This document shows positions 1-8,845 of a stretch of 64,000 bases of DNA, in pieces (position 1 is the stretch's first letter; each line of letters starts with the position of its first letter). This DNA is from an uncultured Arthrobacter sp. (GTDB lineage Bacteria; Actinomycetota; Actinomycetes; Actinomycetales; Micrococcaceae), in NCBI RefSeq assembly GCF_947495145.1, contig NZ_CANLXP010000001.1, forward strand, positions 48,172 through 112,171. The letters are read 5' to 3'. Below the pieces are notes generated by a model. The model did not search any database and had not been told where the DNA came from. It saw nothing but the letters and a program-made list of their open reading frames with translations. Both the position numbers and the translations under genes were made by a program.

Positions 1-548
1 ACGTCCACCAGCTCGCCTGGGGGAAGGACGCCCGTCCGGTTACCGTGAGCAGGCAGGAGAAGAGCATTGGTGCGGAGGAGACTTTCGCGTCCGACGTCGA
101 CGACGATGACGTCCTTCATGCCGAGCTGCTTCGCCTCGCGCATCGCACAGCTTCCCGACTCCGTTCGGCGCAGCTGCGGACCGGCGGACTGTCATTGAAG
201 CTCCGTTATGCGGATTTCACTACGCTGAGCCGGTCGCGGCGTCTTCCCGAGCCGACTGACAGCTCGCATGCGTTATATATGGCAGCGTGCCAGCTTCTGG
301 AATCGGTCGGCGCCCGCCCGCTCAGCGTGCGGCTCATCGGGATCCGTGCAGAGCGGCTCGAAGACGGAGCCGGCAGCTCCCATCAGCTGACTATTGATCG
401 GCAGGACGACAACTGGCGGCTCGCCGAGCAGGCCCTCGACAGGGTGAGCGGCAAATTCGGAGCTTCCATGGTCATGCCGGCCCGGCTGCTCAGGCCCCGG
501 ACGGAGACCAGAGACGGTCACCCGTCGAGCGGGCCGTCGACGCCGTGA
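1..548 (+). CDS. dinB: DNA polymerase IV (Y-family), C-terminal part; 5' end outside the window
   Basis: The frame of ORF 45..548 stays open to the window edge. The translated EKSIGAEETF...LSLKLRYADFTTLSRSRRL...RLIGIRAERL resembles the conserved little-finger region of DinB. Confidence 0.8.
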   Translation, partial: VHQLAWGKDARPVTVSRQEKSIGAEETFASDVDDDDVLHAELLRLAHRTASRLRSAQLRTGGLSLKLRYADFTTLSRSRRLPEPTDSSHALYMAACQLLESVGARPLSVRLIGIRAERLEDGAGSSHQLTIDRQDDNWRLAEQALDRVSGKFGASMVMPARLLRPRTETRDGHPSSGPSTP

Positions 549-758
549 AATCGCCGCTGCGCACAGCCTCTCAGCCCATGACTGCGGCTTTCCCTTCGCG
601 TGAATGCAAACTATCCTTATTACTAGGGAGCAACCAGGTGTTGACCCACTCAGATCAGCATGCTGCAGCTATCTGCAGCGGCGGCAGCCGGGAACCAGTT
701 CCCGGCTGAACTCGTTGTTGGCTTTGAGGGATTCGGTATTAGTAGCAAGGAGGCAGTG

Positions 759-1136
759 ATGGCACTCTCGGAGCACGAGCAGCGGCTGCTTGACCAGTTG
801 GAACAACAGCTTCATGCCGACGATCCCAAGTTTGCGCACTCCATGGCGTCAAGTACCAGCCGGTCGATGTCCACGCGTCGAATCGTGCTTGGATCACTGG
901 TGACCATCGCCGGCCTGGCGGTCCTGCTCCTTGGCATCTGGAATCAGTTCATTCCGGTGGGAGTGGCGGGATTCCTCATCATGGGCGCCGGGGTGTACTA
1001 CGCCACCACCAGATCAAAGCTGGACGGAGCGGTGCCTGGTTCCGGCAAAGCAGCCAAGGCCTCCAGCTCTCCCCGGGGCAGTTTCCTCAGCAGTCTCGAA
1101 GAAAAGTGGGACGAGCGTAAACGGGATCAACCGTAG
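759..1136 (+). CDS. DUF3040-family small membrane protein
   Basis: ATG 759 is preceded by AAGGAGG (747-753). The N-terminus MALSEHEQRLLDQLEQQLHADDPKF is followed by two hydrophobic helices. The upstream ORF start at 660 has no RBS. Confidence 0.75.
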   Translation: MALSEHEQRLLDQLEQQLHADDPKFAHSMASSTSRSMSTRRIVLGSLVTIAGLAVLLLGIWNQFIPVGVAGFLIMGAGVYYATTRSKLDGAVPGSGKAAKASSSPRGSFLSSLEEKWDERKRDQP

Positions 1137-1159
1137 CTCCCCACTTCCTCCACTTTCCC

Positions 1160-1191
1160 CCACAGGGCCCGCCGAAAGGCAGGCCCTGTGG
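1160..1191 (+). terminator. Stem-loop terminator after the DUF3040 gene
   Basis: CCACAGGGCC (1160-1169) pairs perfectly with GGCCCTGTGG (1182-1191). An inner GCC/GGC stem closes a GAAA loop. CGTTT follows. Confidence 0.5.
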
Positions 1192-1341
1192 CGTTTAATC
1201 CTCCTGCGACAGCGTTCCGCGCTGTTTCCATCCGCTTTCCCCGTAAGTTCGTCCATTTCCCTCCACCGGCCCGCACCCCTCGATTCCTTACTGTTGCGCG
1301 GGTCGAAAGAGCGAAGAAGCGGCGAAACACCCGGAGCTGCA

Positions 1342-1393
1342 TTGACGGGGGAGGATTGTGGAGTAAAGTGGAGGCTATAAGAGCGTAGTGGTG
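1342..1393 (+). promoter_or_regulatory. Candidate mraZ promoter with MraZ-type direct repeats
   Basis: TTGACG (1342-1347), a 16-nt spacer, then TAAAGT (1364-1369). Direct repeats GGGGAG 1348, GTGGAG 1358, GTGGAG 1368 and GTGGTG 1388 all share a 10-bp register. The array lies 36-87 nt upstream of the mraZ ATG. Confidence 0.35.
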
Positions 1394-1428
1394 GCGCTTG
1401 GCTCTCCCGGACTGACAGGCGGTGGCGG

Positions 1429-1860
1429 ATGTTCCTCGGAACACACTCGCCGCGGCTGGACGAGAAGGGGCGGTTGATCCTTCCGGCGAAGTTTCGCGAT
1501 GAACTGAGCGACGGTCTGGTTCTGACCAGGGGGCAGGAGCGCTGCATCTACGTTTTTAGCCAGCAGGAATTCGGACGGGTTCATGAGCAATTGCGTGATG
1601 CGCCAATCTCATCGCGTCAATCTCGGGACTACATCCGGGTCTTCCTGTCCGGTGCTTCGGATGAGGTCCCGGACAAGCAAGGCAGGGTGACCATCCCACC
1701 GATGCTGCGTAGTTACGCGGGGCTTGATCGCGAGCTGGCAGTTATCGGTGCAGGAAACCGCGCCGAAATCTGGGACGCAACCGCATGGAGCACCTACCTC
1801 GAGGAGAAGGAAACCGCCTTCTCCGAAACCGACGAAGATGCGCTGCCGGGAATTCTCTGA
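1429..1860 (+). CDS. mraZ: Transcriptional regulator MraZ
   Basis: 143 aa starting [26 protein letters not shown], with a duplicated SpoVT/AbrB-like MraZ fold. It is the first gene of the dcw cluster. Confidence 0.95.
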   Translation: MFLGTHSPRLDEKGRLILPAKFRDELSDGLVLTRGQERCIYVFSQQEFGRVHEQLRDAPISSRQSRDYIRVFLSGASDEVPDKQGRVTIPPMLRSYAGLDRELAVIGAGNRAEIWDATAWSTYLEEKETAFSETDEDALPGIL

Positions 1861-2045
1861 CAGTCGCTGCCAGTCACGCAGGATCAACAGCATTAGAAGA
1901 ATTACGAAGTTGCAAGCGGGTCTTGGATGAGACCTCCAGCCGCCCAGCTTTCGACTTCCTGGCTCACCTTCCCCGGAGCCAGGCAGGCGGAAGCCAGGAG
2001 CGGATGGGGATCTGATCGAAGAACCAACGCAATGATTCCACTCGG

Positions 2046-3089
2046 GTGAGCAGCCTGAACGAGCGAGCAGGAAGGAGCGGGCGTATGGGGGAGGAGCGTC
2101 CCACTCAGGAACGACACATTCCCGTACTGCTGGGCCGCTGCATCAACCTCCTCGCTCCCGCCATCGAGGCTGCCGGTGACGGCGCCGTCGTCGTCGATGC
2201 AACTCTCGGTATGGGAGGCCACTCCGAGGCGCTGCTTCAGCGGTTCGAGGGGCTTCATCTTGTGGGAATAGACCGCGACCTGCAGGCCCTGCGGCTGGCA
2301 GGAGAGCGGCTGGCGCCGTATCAGAACCGCACTGACCTCGTGCATGCGGTGTACGACGAAATCCCTTCGGTGCTCGAGGACCTCGGCATCGGGCAGGTAC
2401 ACGGAATTCTGTTCGACCTCGGCGTTTCCTCTCTTCAACTGGACGAGCGGGAGCGCGGGTTCGCCTACTCCTATGACGCACCCCTCGACATGAGGATGGA
2501 CACGAGCGCAGGGCAGAGCGCTGCAGACGTCGTGAACACCTACTCCGAAGACGACCTGCGGCGGATCATCCGCACCTGGGGCGAGGAGAAGTTCGCGGGG
2601 CGGATTGCGTCAGCCATCGTCTCGGCGCGTCAAACCAAACTCTTCGCCTCAACCGGTGAATTGGTCGATGTGATCCGGTCGGTTGTTCCCGCCGGAGCCG
2701 CGAGGACCGGCGGACACCCGGCCAAGCGCACTTTCCAGGCCCTGCGCATCGAGGTCAACGAAGAGCTTTCGGTACTCACCCGCGCAATCCCGGCAGCACT
2801 TGGATCGGTCGGCGTGCGGGGACGGGTGGTGGTGATGTCTTACCACTCACTCGAGGACAAGATCGTGAAAGCCGCGTTCACGGCGGGGACCCGCTCGTCT
2901 GCTCCCGTCGGATTCCCGGTGGAGCTCGAAGAACACAAGCCCTGGCTCAAAACCTTGACCAGGGGCACCGAAGCCCCCACCGACGAGGAAATCGCCGAGA
3001 ACCCGCGCGCCGCATCCGCGAAGCTCAGGGCAGTCGAACGCATCAAATCCAGCACGACAGAATCCAGCACGACAGACAGGAACGCATGA
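2046..3089 (+). CDS. rsmH: 16S rRNA (cytosine1402-N4)-methyltransferase RsmH
   Basis: Contains [16 protein letters not shown] (SAM site), [11 protein letters not shown] and [11 protein letters not shown] motifs. The start is GTG 2046 or ATG 2085. Confidence 0.93.
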   Translation: MSSLNERAGRSGRMGEERPTQERHIPVLLGRCINLLAPAIEAAGDGAVVVDATLGMGGHSEALLQRFEGLHLVGIDRDLQALRLAGERLAPYQNRTDLVHAVYDEIPSVLEDLGIGQVHGILFDLGVSSLQLDERERGFAYSYDAPLDMRMDTSAGQSAADVVNTYSEDDLRRIIRTWGEEKFAGRIASAIVSARQTKLFASTGELVDVIRSVVPAGAARTGGHPAKRTFQALRIEVNEELSVLTRAIPAALGSVGVRGRVVVMSYHSLEDKIVKAAFTAGTRSSAPVGFPVELEEHKPWLKTLTRGTEAPTDEEIAENPRAASAKLRAVERIKSSTTESSTTDRNA

Positions 3090-3832
3090 TGAGCCAAACA
3101 GTGCAGCAGAGGCCGTCTGCGCATCGCAGAGCTCACGCAACGGTCGGCGCAGTTGCCGGAAATACCGCCAGAGCCCTCGAACATCCGGTCATTTCGCGTC
3201 CTGACGCACAACCTGAACGCGAACGACGCCGGACCCCGCTCTCGGTGGTTCCCGCAGCACCCACGCGTGGCCGGGTACCGTTCGCCGTATTTTCGATGGC
3301 CGCGCTGATCGCCGCACTGGTGGTAGTCCTCATGCTCAACATCTCCGTCTCGAGCAGCCAGTACAAGCTGGTGTCGCTGCGTGGCGAGGAAGTAGCCCTT
3401 GCGGAGCAGAACCAGGCATTGACGCAGCAGCTGGAGAGTCTCAAGGCTCCCCAGAACCTCGCTGTGGCGGCGCACGAACTCGACATGGTCGCGTCCCCGA
3501 CTTTCGGAACCATTGATGTAAATTCGTTGGCAGTCACCGGAAGCCCGGAGCCAGCCAAGGAGTCCGATGCACCGCCTGTTCTTGTACCGGCACCAGCAGT
3601 GAACGTGCCCAGTGAAGCTGTTGCGCCTGTGGCGCCCAGCGAGGCAGAAGCGTCCAGCGAAGCTGAAGCGTCCAGCGAAGCTGCTGCGCCGGCTGAAGCC
3701 GCGCCGGCAGAAGCTCCTGCGGAGGCTGAAGCCGCGCCGGCTGAAGCTCCTGCGGAGGCTGAAGCTCCCGCGGAGGCGCCGGCCAATGGCGGAACCATCC
3801 CGGCACCCGCCCAGGCCGCGCCCGGACAGTAA
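3086..3832 (+). CDS. ftsL: FtsL-like cell-division protein with repetitive Ala/Glu/Pro-rich tail
   Basis: ATGA overlap with the rsmH stop. Single TM helix ([21 protein letters not shown]) followed by a coiled coil ([29 protein letters not shown]). It occupies the canonical position between rsmH and ftsI. Confidence 0.7.
   Translation: MMSQTVQQRPSAHRRAHATVGAVAGNTARALEHPVISRPDAQPERERRRTPLSVVPAAPTRGRVPFAVFSMAALIAALVVVLMLNISVSSSQYKLVSLRGEEVALAEQNQALTQQLESLKAPQNLAVAAHELDMVASPTFGTIDVNSLAVTGSPEPAKESDAPPVLVPAPAVNVPSEAVAPVAPSEAEASSEAEASSEAAAPAEAAPAEAPAEAEAAPAEAPAEAEAPAEAPANGGTIPAPAQAAPGQ
3647..3775 (+). repeat. In-frame tandem repeats inside ftsL-like gene
   Basis: An 18-bp unit GAAGCGTCCAGCGAAGCT occurs twice (3647-3682). 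A 33-bp unit GCTGAAGCCGCGCCGGC(A/T)GAAGCTCCTGCGGAG occurs twice (3692-3757), with a partial third copy to 3775. Together they encode the SEAEAS and [11 protein letters not shown] repeats. Confidence 0.85.
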
Positions 3833-3866
3833 GAGATAAGCAGTACACAACCAGCGAGGAACCACG

Positions 3867-5657
3867 GTGGCACCAGCCGACAACCCCCAGCATGAAACAC
3901 GACGGGTCGCGCTCGGAGCCGCGAGGCTTCGGGTCGGGCTCGCGTTCGTCCTGATTCTGCTGCTGGTTCTGGGAGTCCGCCTGTTTCAGGTTCAGGGCCT
4001 GGACCTCGGCGGAATGGCGCAGGCAGGGCTGAACAAGCGGCTGGTCACCCAGCAGGTGCCCGCGCTGCGCGGCAGCATCCTTGACGACGAAGGCAATGAA
4101 CTTGCGCACACCGTGCAGCGCTTCGACATCGTGGTGGATCAGAGGCTCAGCGGCGGGGAGACCTTCGACCGGTACAACCCGGAGACAGATGAGCGTGTCG
4201 AGGACATCCCGTTGGAGCAGGGCTTCGAGGAGCTTTCCGCGATCCTCGGACAGGATGTCGCGACGCTCAAGGCTTCGGTCCTCGGTGACGCCTCATTCGC
4301 TTTTGTTGCGCGCTCCGTGACTCCCGATGTGCGGAACCGGGTGCTCGCTGTCGGGATGCCGGGGGTTTACGCCGATCCCACAACGCTGCGCACCTACCCC
4401 TCGGGAGCAGTCGCGGGATCCATTCTCGGCTTCATGAGCGGCGACCGACGCGCCCTGAGCGGCATCGAACTAACGCAGGATGAGCAGCTGACCGGAACGC
4501 CGGGCAGCCGCACCTTTGAAATCGGCGGCGACGGCATCCGCATACCGTACGCGACCAATGAGGACGTGCCCGCCCAGGACGGTCAATCGGTACGGTTGAC
4601 TATCGATCAGGACCTTCAGTACTTCGCGCAGCAGACTATCGCCGCGCAGGTCGAAGACTACAACGCCGAGTGGGGCAACATAGTGGTCGTGGAAGCGAAG
4701 ACGGGGGCCATCAAGGCGATGGCCGAGTCAACCACACCTGACCCGAATGATTACGCGGCTACCGACCCTACATTCTGGAAGCCCCTTTCGGTGACTGCTT
4801 CGTTCGAGCCGGGCTCCACCACCAAGCTGATTACCATGGCCGCAGCGCTTGAGGAGGGGATCATTAAACCGACCAGCAGGTTTGAAACCCCGCCTACCTA
4901 CACCGTCGATGGCCAGACCTTCAAGGATGCATTCGAGCACGGAACCGAGAAGCGGACGGCGGCGGGTATCTTCGCCAAGTCAATGAACACCGGCACGGTC
5001 ATGATCGGTGAACAACTGAGCAATCAGCAGCGTTATGACTGGCTGCGCAAGTTCGGAATCGGCGAGCCGCTGAACGTGGGACTCAATGGCGAGACTGCGG
5101 GCATCCTGCCCACCCCGGACTCCTGGGACGAGCGCCAGCAGTACACCGTGCTTTTCGGACAGGGCCTGGCCCAGACCGCGCTGCATACGGCCATGGTTTA
5201 CCAGGCTGTGGCCAATGACGGCGTCCGGCTGCAGCCCCGGCTCATCGACGCCTATATCGACGCCGACGGCACTGAGCACGAGGTTCCCCAGGCGGAGGGC
5301 ACAAGGGTGGTTTCCGAGGAAACCGCAGATGAGCTCCACACCATGCTGGAGACAGTCACGGTGGAAGGATCCGGTGCATCCGGAGCGCTTGAGGAGTACC
5401 GGGTAGGTTCCAAGACCGGCACCGCTGAAGCGCCCAGTCCGCAGGGCGGTTACGACGGCTACACGCTTTCCTATGCCGGCATGGCGCCGATGGAGGATCC
5501 GCAGTACATCGTTGTGGTGACCCTGCAGCGGCCCCAGGGAGACCTGTACTATCTGGTTCCGGGGGAGTCCTTCCAGAAGGTCATGAAGTACGTTCTCAAC
5601 TCGAACAGCGTCCCGCCCTCGACCGGTAAGCCCGAAACTTACCCGGTCGTGTACTGA
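3867..5657 (+). CDS. ftsI: Penicillin-binding protein 2 / FtsI-type peptidoglycan D,D-transpeptidase
   Basis: N-terminal TM helix and a PBP dimerisation region. Transpeptidase motifs STTK (EPGSTTKLI), SMN (AKSMNTG) and KTG (GSKTGTAE). dcw position. Confidence 0.9.
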   Translation: MAPADNPQHETRRVALGAARLRVGLAFVLILLLVLGVRLFQVQGLDLGGMAQAGLNKRLVTQQVPALRGSILDDEGNELAHTVQRFDIVVDQRLSGGETFDRYNPETDERVEDIPLEQGFEELSAILGQDVATLKASVLGDASFAFVARSVTPDVRNRVLAVGMPGVYADPTTLRTYPSGAVAGSILGFMSGDRRALSGIELTQDEQLTGTPGSRTFEIGGDGIRIPYATNEDVPAQDGQSVRLTIDQDLQYFAQQTIAAQVEDYNAEWGNIVVVEAKTGAIKAMAESTTPDPNDYAATDPTFWKPLSVTASFEPGSTTKLITMAAALEEGIIKPTSRFETPPTYTVDGQTFKDAFEHGTEKRTAAGIFAKSMNTGTVMIGEQLSNQQRYDWLRKFGIGEPLNVGLNGETAGILPTPDSWDERQQYTVLFGQGLAQTALHTAMVYQAVANDGVRLQPRLIDAYIDADGTEHEVPQAEGTRVVSEETADELHTMLETVTVEGSGASGALEEYRVGSKTGTAEAPSPQGGYDGYTLSYAGMAPMEDPQYIVVVTLQRPQGDLYYLVPGESFQKVMKYVLNSNSVPPSTGKPETYPVVY

Positions 5658-5677
5658 TCCGCGTTAGCAGGCCCAAC

Positions 5678-7315
5678 GTGTCCACAAATGAACATTCAGC
5701 TGTCGGCGCCCGCATGCGGCCGGCCTTCGTCCTTCCACGGACAATGAGCCAGGTGCTCGCCGCGCTGGGTTCCGATCTGCCCCCCGTGCAGCAGGTGGAC
5801 CTGGGGAACGACGGCGGCAGCCAGGCAGCGATCACGGGCGTCACCATCGATTCACGGCAGGTCCGCACCGGGGACCTGTACATCGCTGTCCCGGGTACGG
5901 GCCGTCATGGAGCCGACTTCACCGGCCAGGCTGTGACTCGCGGAGCGGCGGCCGTGCTCACTGACGAATCGGGCCTCAAAGCCGCGACGACGGCGCTGGA
6001 CGGCTCTGACGTCCCGCTCTTCCTCGCAACTCCGGTGCGGGATTATGTGGGGCCGCTCGCCGCCGTCGTTTTCAACAGCCAGCCCGCTGCTGATCGTCCG
6101 GTCCTCTATGGCGTGACCGGCACCAACGGAAAGACGACAACCACCTACTTCCTCAATGCACTGGAATCCGCGCTGGGGAAGAGCACCGGTTTGATCGGAA
6201 CAATCGAGATTCGGGCCGGCGAGACGGCCATTCCGTCCACGCTGACCACGCCGGAATCTCCGCAGGTGCACGGCATCCTCGCTCTCATGCGGGAGCACGG
6301 CATCGATGCGGCCGCGATGGAGGTCTCCTCACACGCAATCGAGTACCGCCGTGTCGACGGAGTCCGTTTCGACGTTGCGGGCTTCACCAACCTGACCCAG
6401 GATCATCTGGACCTCCACGGGAGTATGGAGGAATACTTTGCTGCCAAGGCCGCGCTCTTCCGGCCGGAACGTACCTCCCGCGCGGTGCTCATGGTGGATG
6501 ATGAGTGGGGCCGCCGAATGGCCGATGAAGCCGGGGTGGAAACCATCACGGTGTCGGCATCGGGCCTGGCTGGGGCGCACTGGCGCGTCTCGCAGGTCGA
6601 GCGGACCGGTCTTGGGCACACCTTCACGCTTACAGGTCCGGAGCACGAACAGTTGCGCCTCCGTTGCGGCCTCCCGGGCACCTTCAATGTGGCCAACGCC
6701 GCCCTGGCCGCTGTCATGGTTCTCGCTTCGGGTATAACTGCGGCCGACCTGCAGCGGGCGGCCGACGAGCACGACCCTTTCACCACCCAGGTGCCCGGAC
6801 GCATGCAGTTGATCGGCGAGAGCCCGGCGGCGATCGTGGACTTCGCACACAACCCGGACGCGCTGGCCCTGACACTCGATTCGGTTCGGGTGCCGGGCAC
6901 CGACTCCCGGGTGCTTGTCGTCTTCGGTGCCACCGGCCAGCGGGACGTCTCCAAACGCCCGATCATGGGCGCCACGGCCGCACGTCGGGCCGACGTCGTG
7001 ATCGTTACCGATGACGACCCCCATGATGAGGACGAGGCGGGTATCCGGGCGAGCGTGCTTGAGGGTGCCCGCGCGGCACGCGAAGCTGAAAATCTGGAGT
7101 GCGAGATCATGGAGGTATTTCCGCGTGCAAAGGCGATCGATCGTGCAGTGTCCCTTGCCCGCAGGGGCGATGTGGTGCTGGTCGCGGGGCGGGGGCACGA
7201 AGTGTGGCAGGAGGTCAAGGGTGTGAATCTGCCCCTCGATGACCGGGTTGAGCTGGCCGCCGCGTTGACACGCCATGGATTCTCTGTGCTTTCCGGCAAC
7301 AGGATAGAGTCCTAG
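5678..7315 (+). CDS. murE: UDP-N-acetylmuramoyl-L-alanyl-D-glutamate--diamino acid ligase MurE (probably L-Lys-adding)
   Basis: Mur ligase P-loop GVTGTNGKTTTT and dcw position. The specificity motif reads DDPH (7013-7024) instead of DNPR. Confidence 0.93.
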   Translation: MSTNEHSAVGARMRPAFVLPRTMSQVLAALGSDLPPVQQVDLGNDGGSQAAITGVTIDSRQVRTGDLYIAVPGTGRHGADFTGQAVTRGAAAVLTDESGLKAATTALDGSDVPLFLATPVRDYVGPLAAVVFNSQPAADRPVLYGVTGTNGKTTTTYFLNALESALGKSTGLIGTIEIRAGETAIPSTLTTPESPQVHGILALMREHGIDAAAMEVSSHAIEYRRVDGVRFDVAGFTNLTQDHLDLHGSMEEYFAAKAALFRPERTSRAVLMVDDEWGRRMADEAGVETITVSASGLAGAHWRVSQVERTGLGHTFTLTGPEHEQLRLRCGLPGTFNVANAALAAVMVLASGITAADLQRAADEHDPFTTQVPGRMQLIGESPAAIVDFAHNPDALALTLDSVRVPGTDSRVLVVFGATGQRDVSKRPIMGATAARRADVVIVTDDDPHDEDEAGIRASVLEGARAAREAENLECEIMEVFPRAKAIDRAVSLARRGDVVLVAGRGHEVWQEVKGVNLPLDDRVELAAALTRHGFSVLSGNRIES

Positions 7316-7321
7316 ATCGTC

Positions 7322-8845
7322 ATGATTGAATTCAGCGCAGCCGACATCGCGGCAGTTACGGGCGGAACGCTTTCGGAGTCGGCCCGGCAGGCTTCGTCGC
7401 TGGTCGTCCATTCGGCCACCACCGATTCCCGCGAGAGCCGCCCGGGCGGGCTCTTCATCGCCAAGCCGGGAGAGTCCACCGACGGCCATCACTTCCTTGG
7501 CAGCGCCTTTGCCAACGGCGCGGTTCTCGCCCTGGTTGAACGGATTGTCACCGACGACGGCGGAAGAGACTTTCCTGCGGTGGTGGTATCTGACGTTGTG
7601 GAAGCTATGGGCAAGCTTGCCGGTGAGGTGGTACGCCGCCTCCGCGCCCATTCACCGCTCACGGTCATCGGCATTACCGGTTCTGCCGGCAAGACCACGA
7701 CGAAGGACGTACTGGCGCAAGTGTTGCGGCAAGAAGGTCCTACTGTCGCTCCAATCGGCTCATACAACGGCGAGATCGGCGTTCCCCTCACTGTTTTCTC
7801 AGCCGAGTACGGCACCCGTTATCTGATCATCGAGATGGGAGCCACCGGCGTCGGGCATATCGAATACCTTGCGTCGATGGTGAAGCCCGACATCGGAATT
7901 GTTCTCTGTGTGGGCTCCGCGCATGCCGGGGAGTTCGGCGGCGTGGAGATGATCGCGAAGGCCAAGGGAGAACTGCCGCGGTCCCTGGAGGATGGGGGTG
8001 TCGCCATTCTCAACGGTGACGATGCGCGAGTGACGGCTATGGCCGACCACACCAGGGCGCGGGTGACCTTCTTCACTGAGGACTCGACCTTCCACCGCGC
8101 CGGCAGCGCCGCCGTCCGGGCCGAGGACGTGGCGCTCTCCGTCGAGGGCAACCCCTGTTTCTCGCTGGTCCTTTCCGACGGCGGCCGTCATGAGGTCCGG
8201 CCGCTGCTGATCGGGCGGCATCACGTTGCCAACCTTCTTGCGGCGGCCTCGGCTGCCCATGCGCTCGGGATTCCCGGGGAGCGGATCGCTTCCGGGCTCT
8301 GCAGTGCCCGCGCGGTCAGCCGGTGGCGCATGGAGCGCACTGACAGGCAGGACGGGGTGACGGTCATCAACGACGCTTACAACGCCAATCCCGAGTCGAT
8401 GCGCGCAGCGCTTGCAACGCTCGCCGAGCTCGGCCGCGGCCGCCGCACCTGGGCTGTGCTGGGCGAGATGCTTGAGCTGGGCGAGGACTCCATCGCTGCC
8501 CATGACGCGCTGGGAAGAGTTGCTGTCCGGCTCAACATCTCAAAACTGCTCGTCGTCGGAGACGGCGCCAAGGCGCTTCACACCGGCGCCGTACTGGAAG
8601 GATCCTGGGGCGACGAAGCGATCTTCGTGAAGGACGTCGCCGAGGCCGAGGGGATCCTTGAACGTGAACTGCAGCCGGGAGATCTCGTCCTGGTGAAGTC
8701 CTCCAACGGCGCCGGGCTCCGGCATCTGGGTGATCGGTTAGCATTAGCGTCAGACAAGTCCACGGCGGTGCCCGTAGCTGATCCTGGGTCACAGGCTGAT
8801 TCGTTTGGACCCGGTCCGAAAAACCAAGGGGGCCCCTCGCTGTGA
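7322..8845 (+). CDS. murF: UDP-N-acetylmuramoyl-tripeptide--D-alanyl-D-alanine ligase MurF
   Basis: P-loop GITGSAGKTTTKD, DAYNANPESM motif, dcw position. Confidence 0.93.
   Translation: MIEFSAADIAAVTGGTLSESARQASSLVVHSATTDSRESRPGGLFIAKPGESTDGHHFLGSAFANGAVLALVERIVTDDGGRDFPAVVVSDVVEAMGKLAGEVVRRLRAHSPLTVIGITGSAGKTTTKDVLAQVLRQEGPTVAPIGSYNGEIGVPLTVFSAEYGTRYLIIEMGATGVGHIEYLASMVKPDIGIVLCVGSAHAGEFGGVEMIAKAKGELPRSLEDGGVAILNGDDARVTAMADHTRARVTFFTEDSTFHRAGSAAVRAEDVALSVEGNPCFSLVLSDGGRHEVRPLLIGRHHVANLLAAASAAHALGIPGERIASGLCSARAVSRWRMERTDRQDGVTVINDAYNANPESMRAALATLAELGRGRRTWAVLGEMLELGEDSIAAHDALGRVAVRLNISKLLVVGDGAKALHTGAVLEGSWGDEAIFVKDVAEAEGILERELQPGDLVLVKSSNGAGLRHLGDRLALASDKSTAVPVADPGSQADSFGPGPKNQGGPSL

Noticed and set aside
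1137-1340. Pyrimidine-rich tract with several CCTCC motifs upstream of mraZ, considered as a 6C-like or anti-SD sRNA.
   Set aside because: The only strong hairpin there has a GAAA loop and looks like the DUF3040 terminator. There are no paired C-rich loops. ORFs in the region (1014..1547 -, 931..1380 +) are low-complexity.
2840-3900. Long minus-strand ORFs (2840..3883, 3133..3900) antisense to rsmH/ftsL.
   Set aside because: These are typical high-GC shadow ORFs. Their translations are Arg/Gly/Ser/Ala-rich low-complexity sequence with no motifs, and they fully overlap well-supported plus-strand genes.
6329-7651. 440-aa minus-strand ORF antisense to murE/murF, and the 298-aa ORF 6403..7299.
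   Set aside because: Shadow ORFs of a GC3-rich coding region. They show no domain signatures and span a gene junction.
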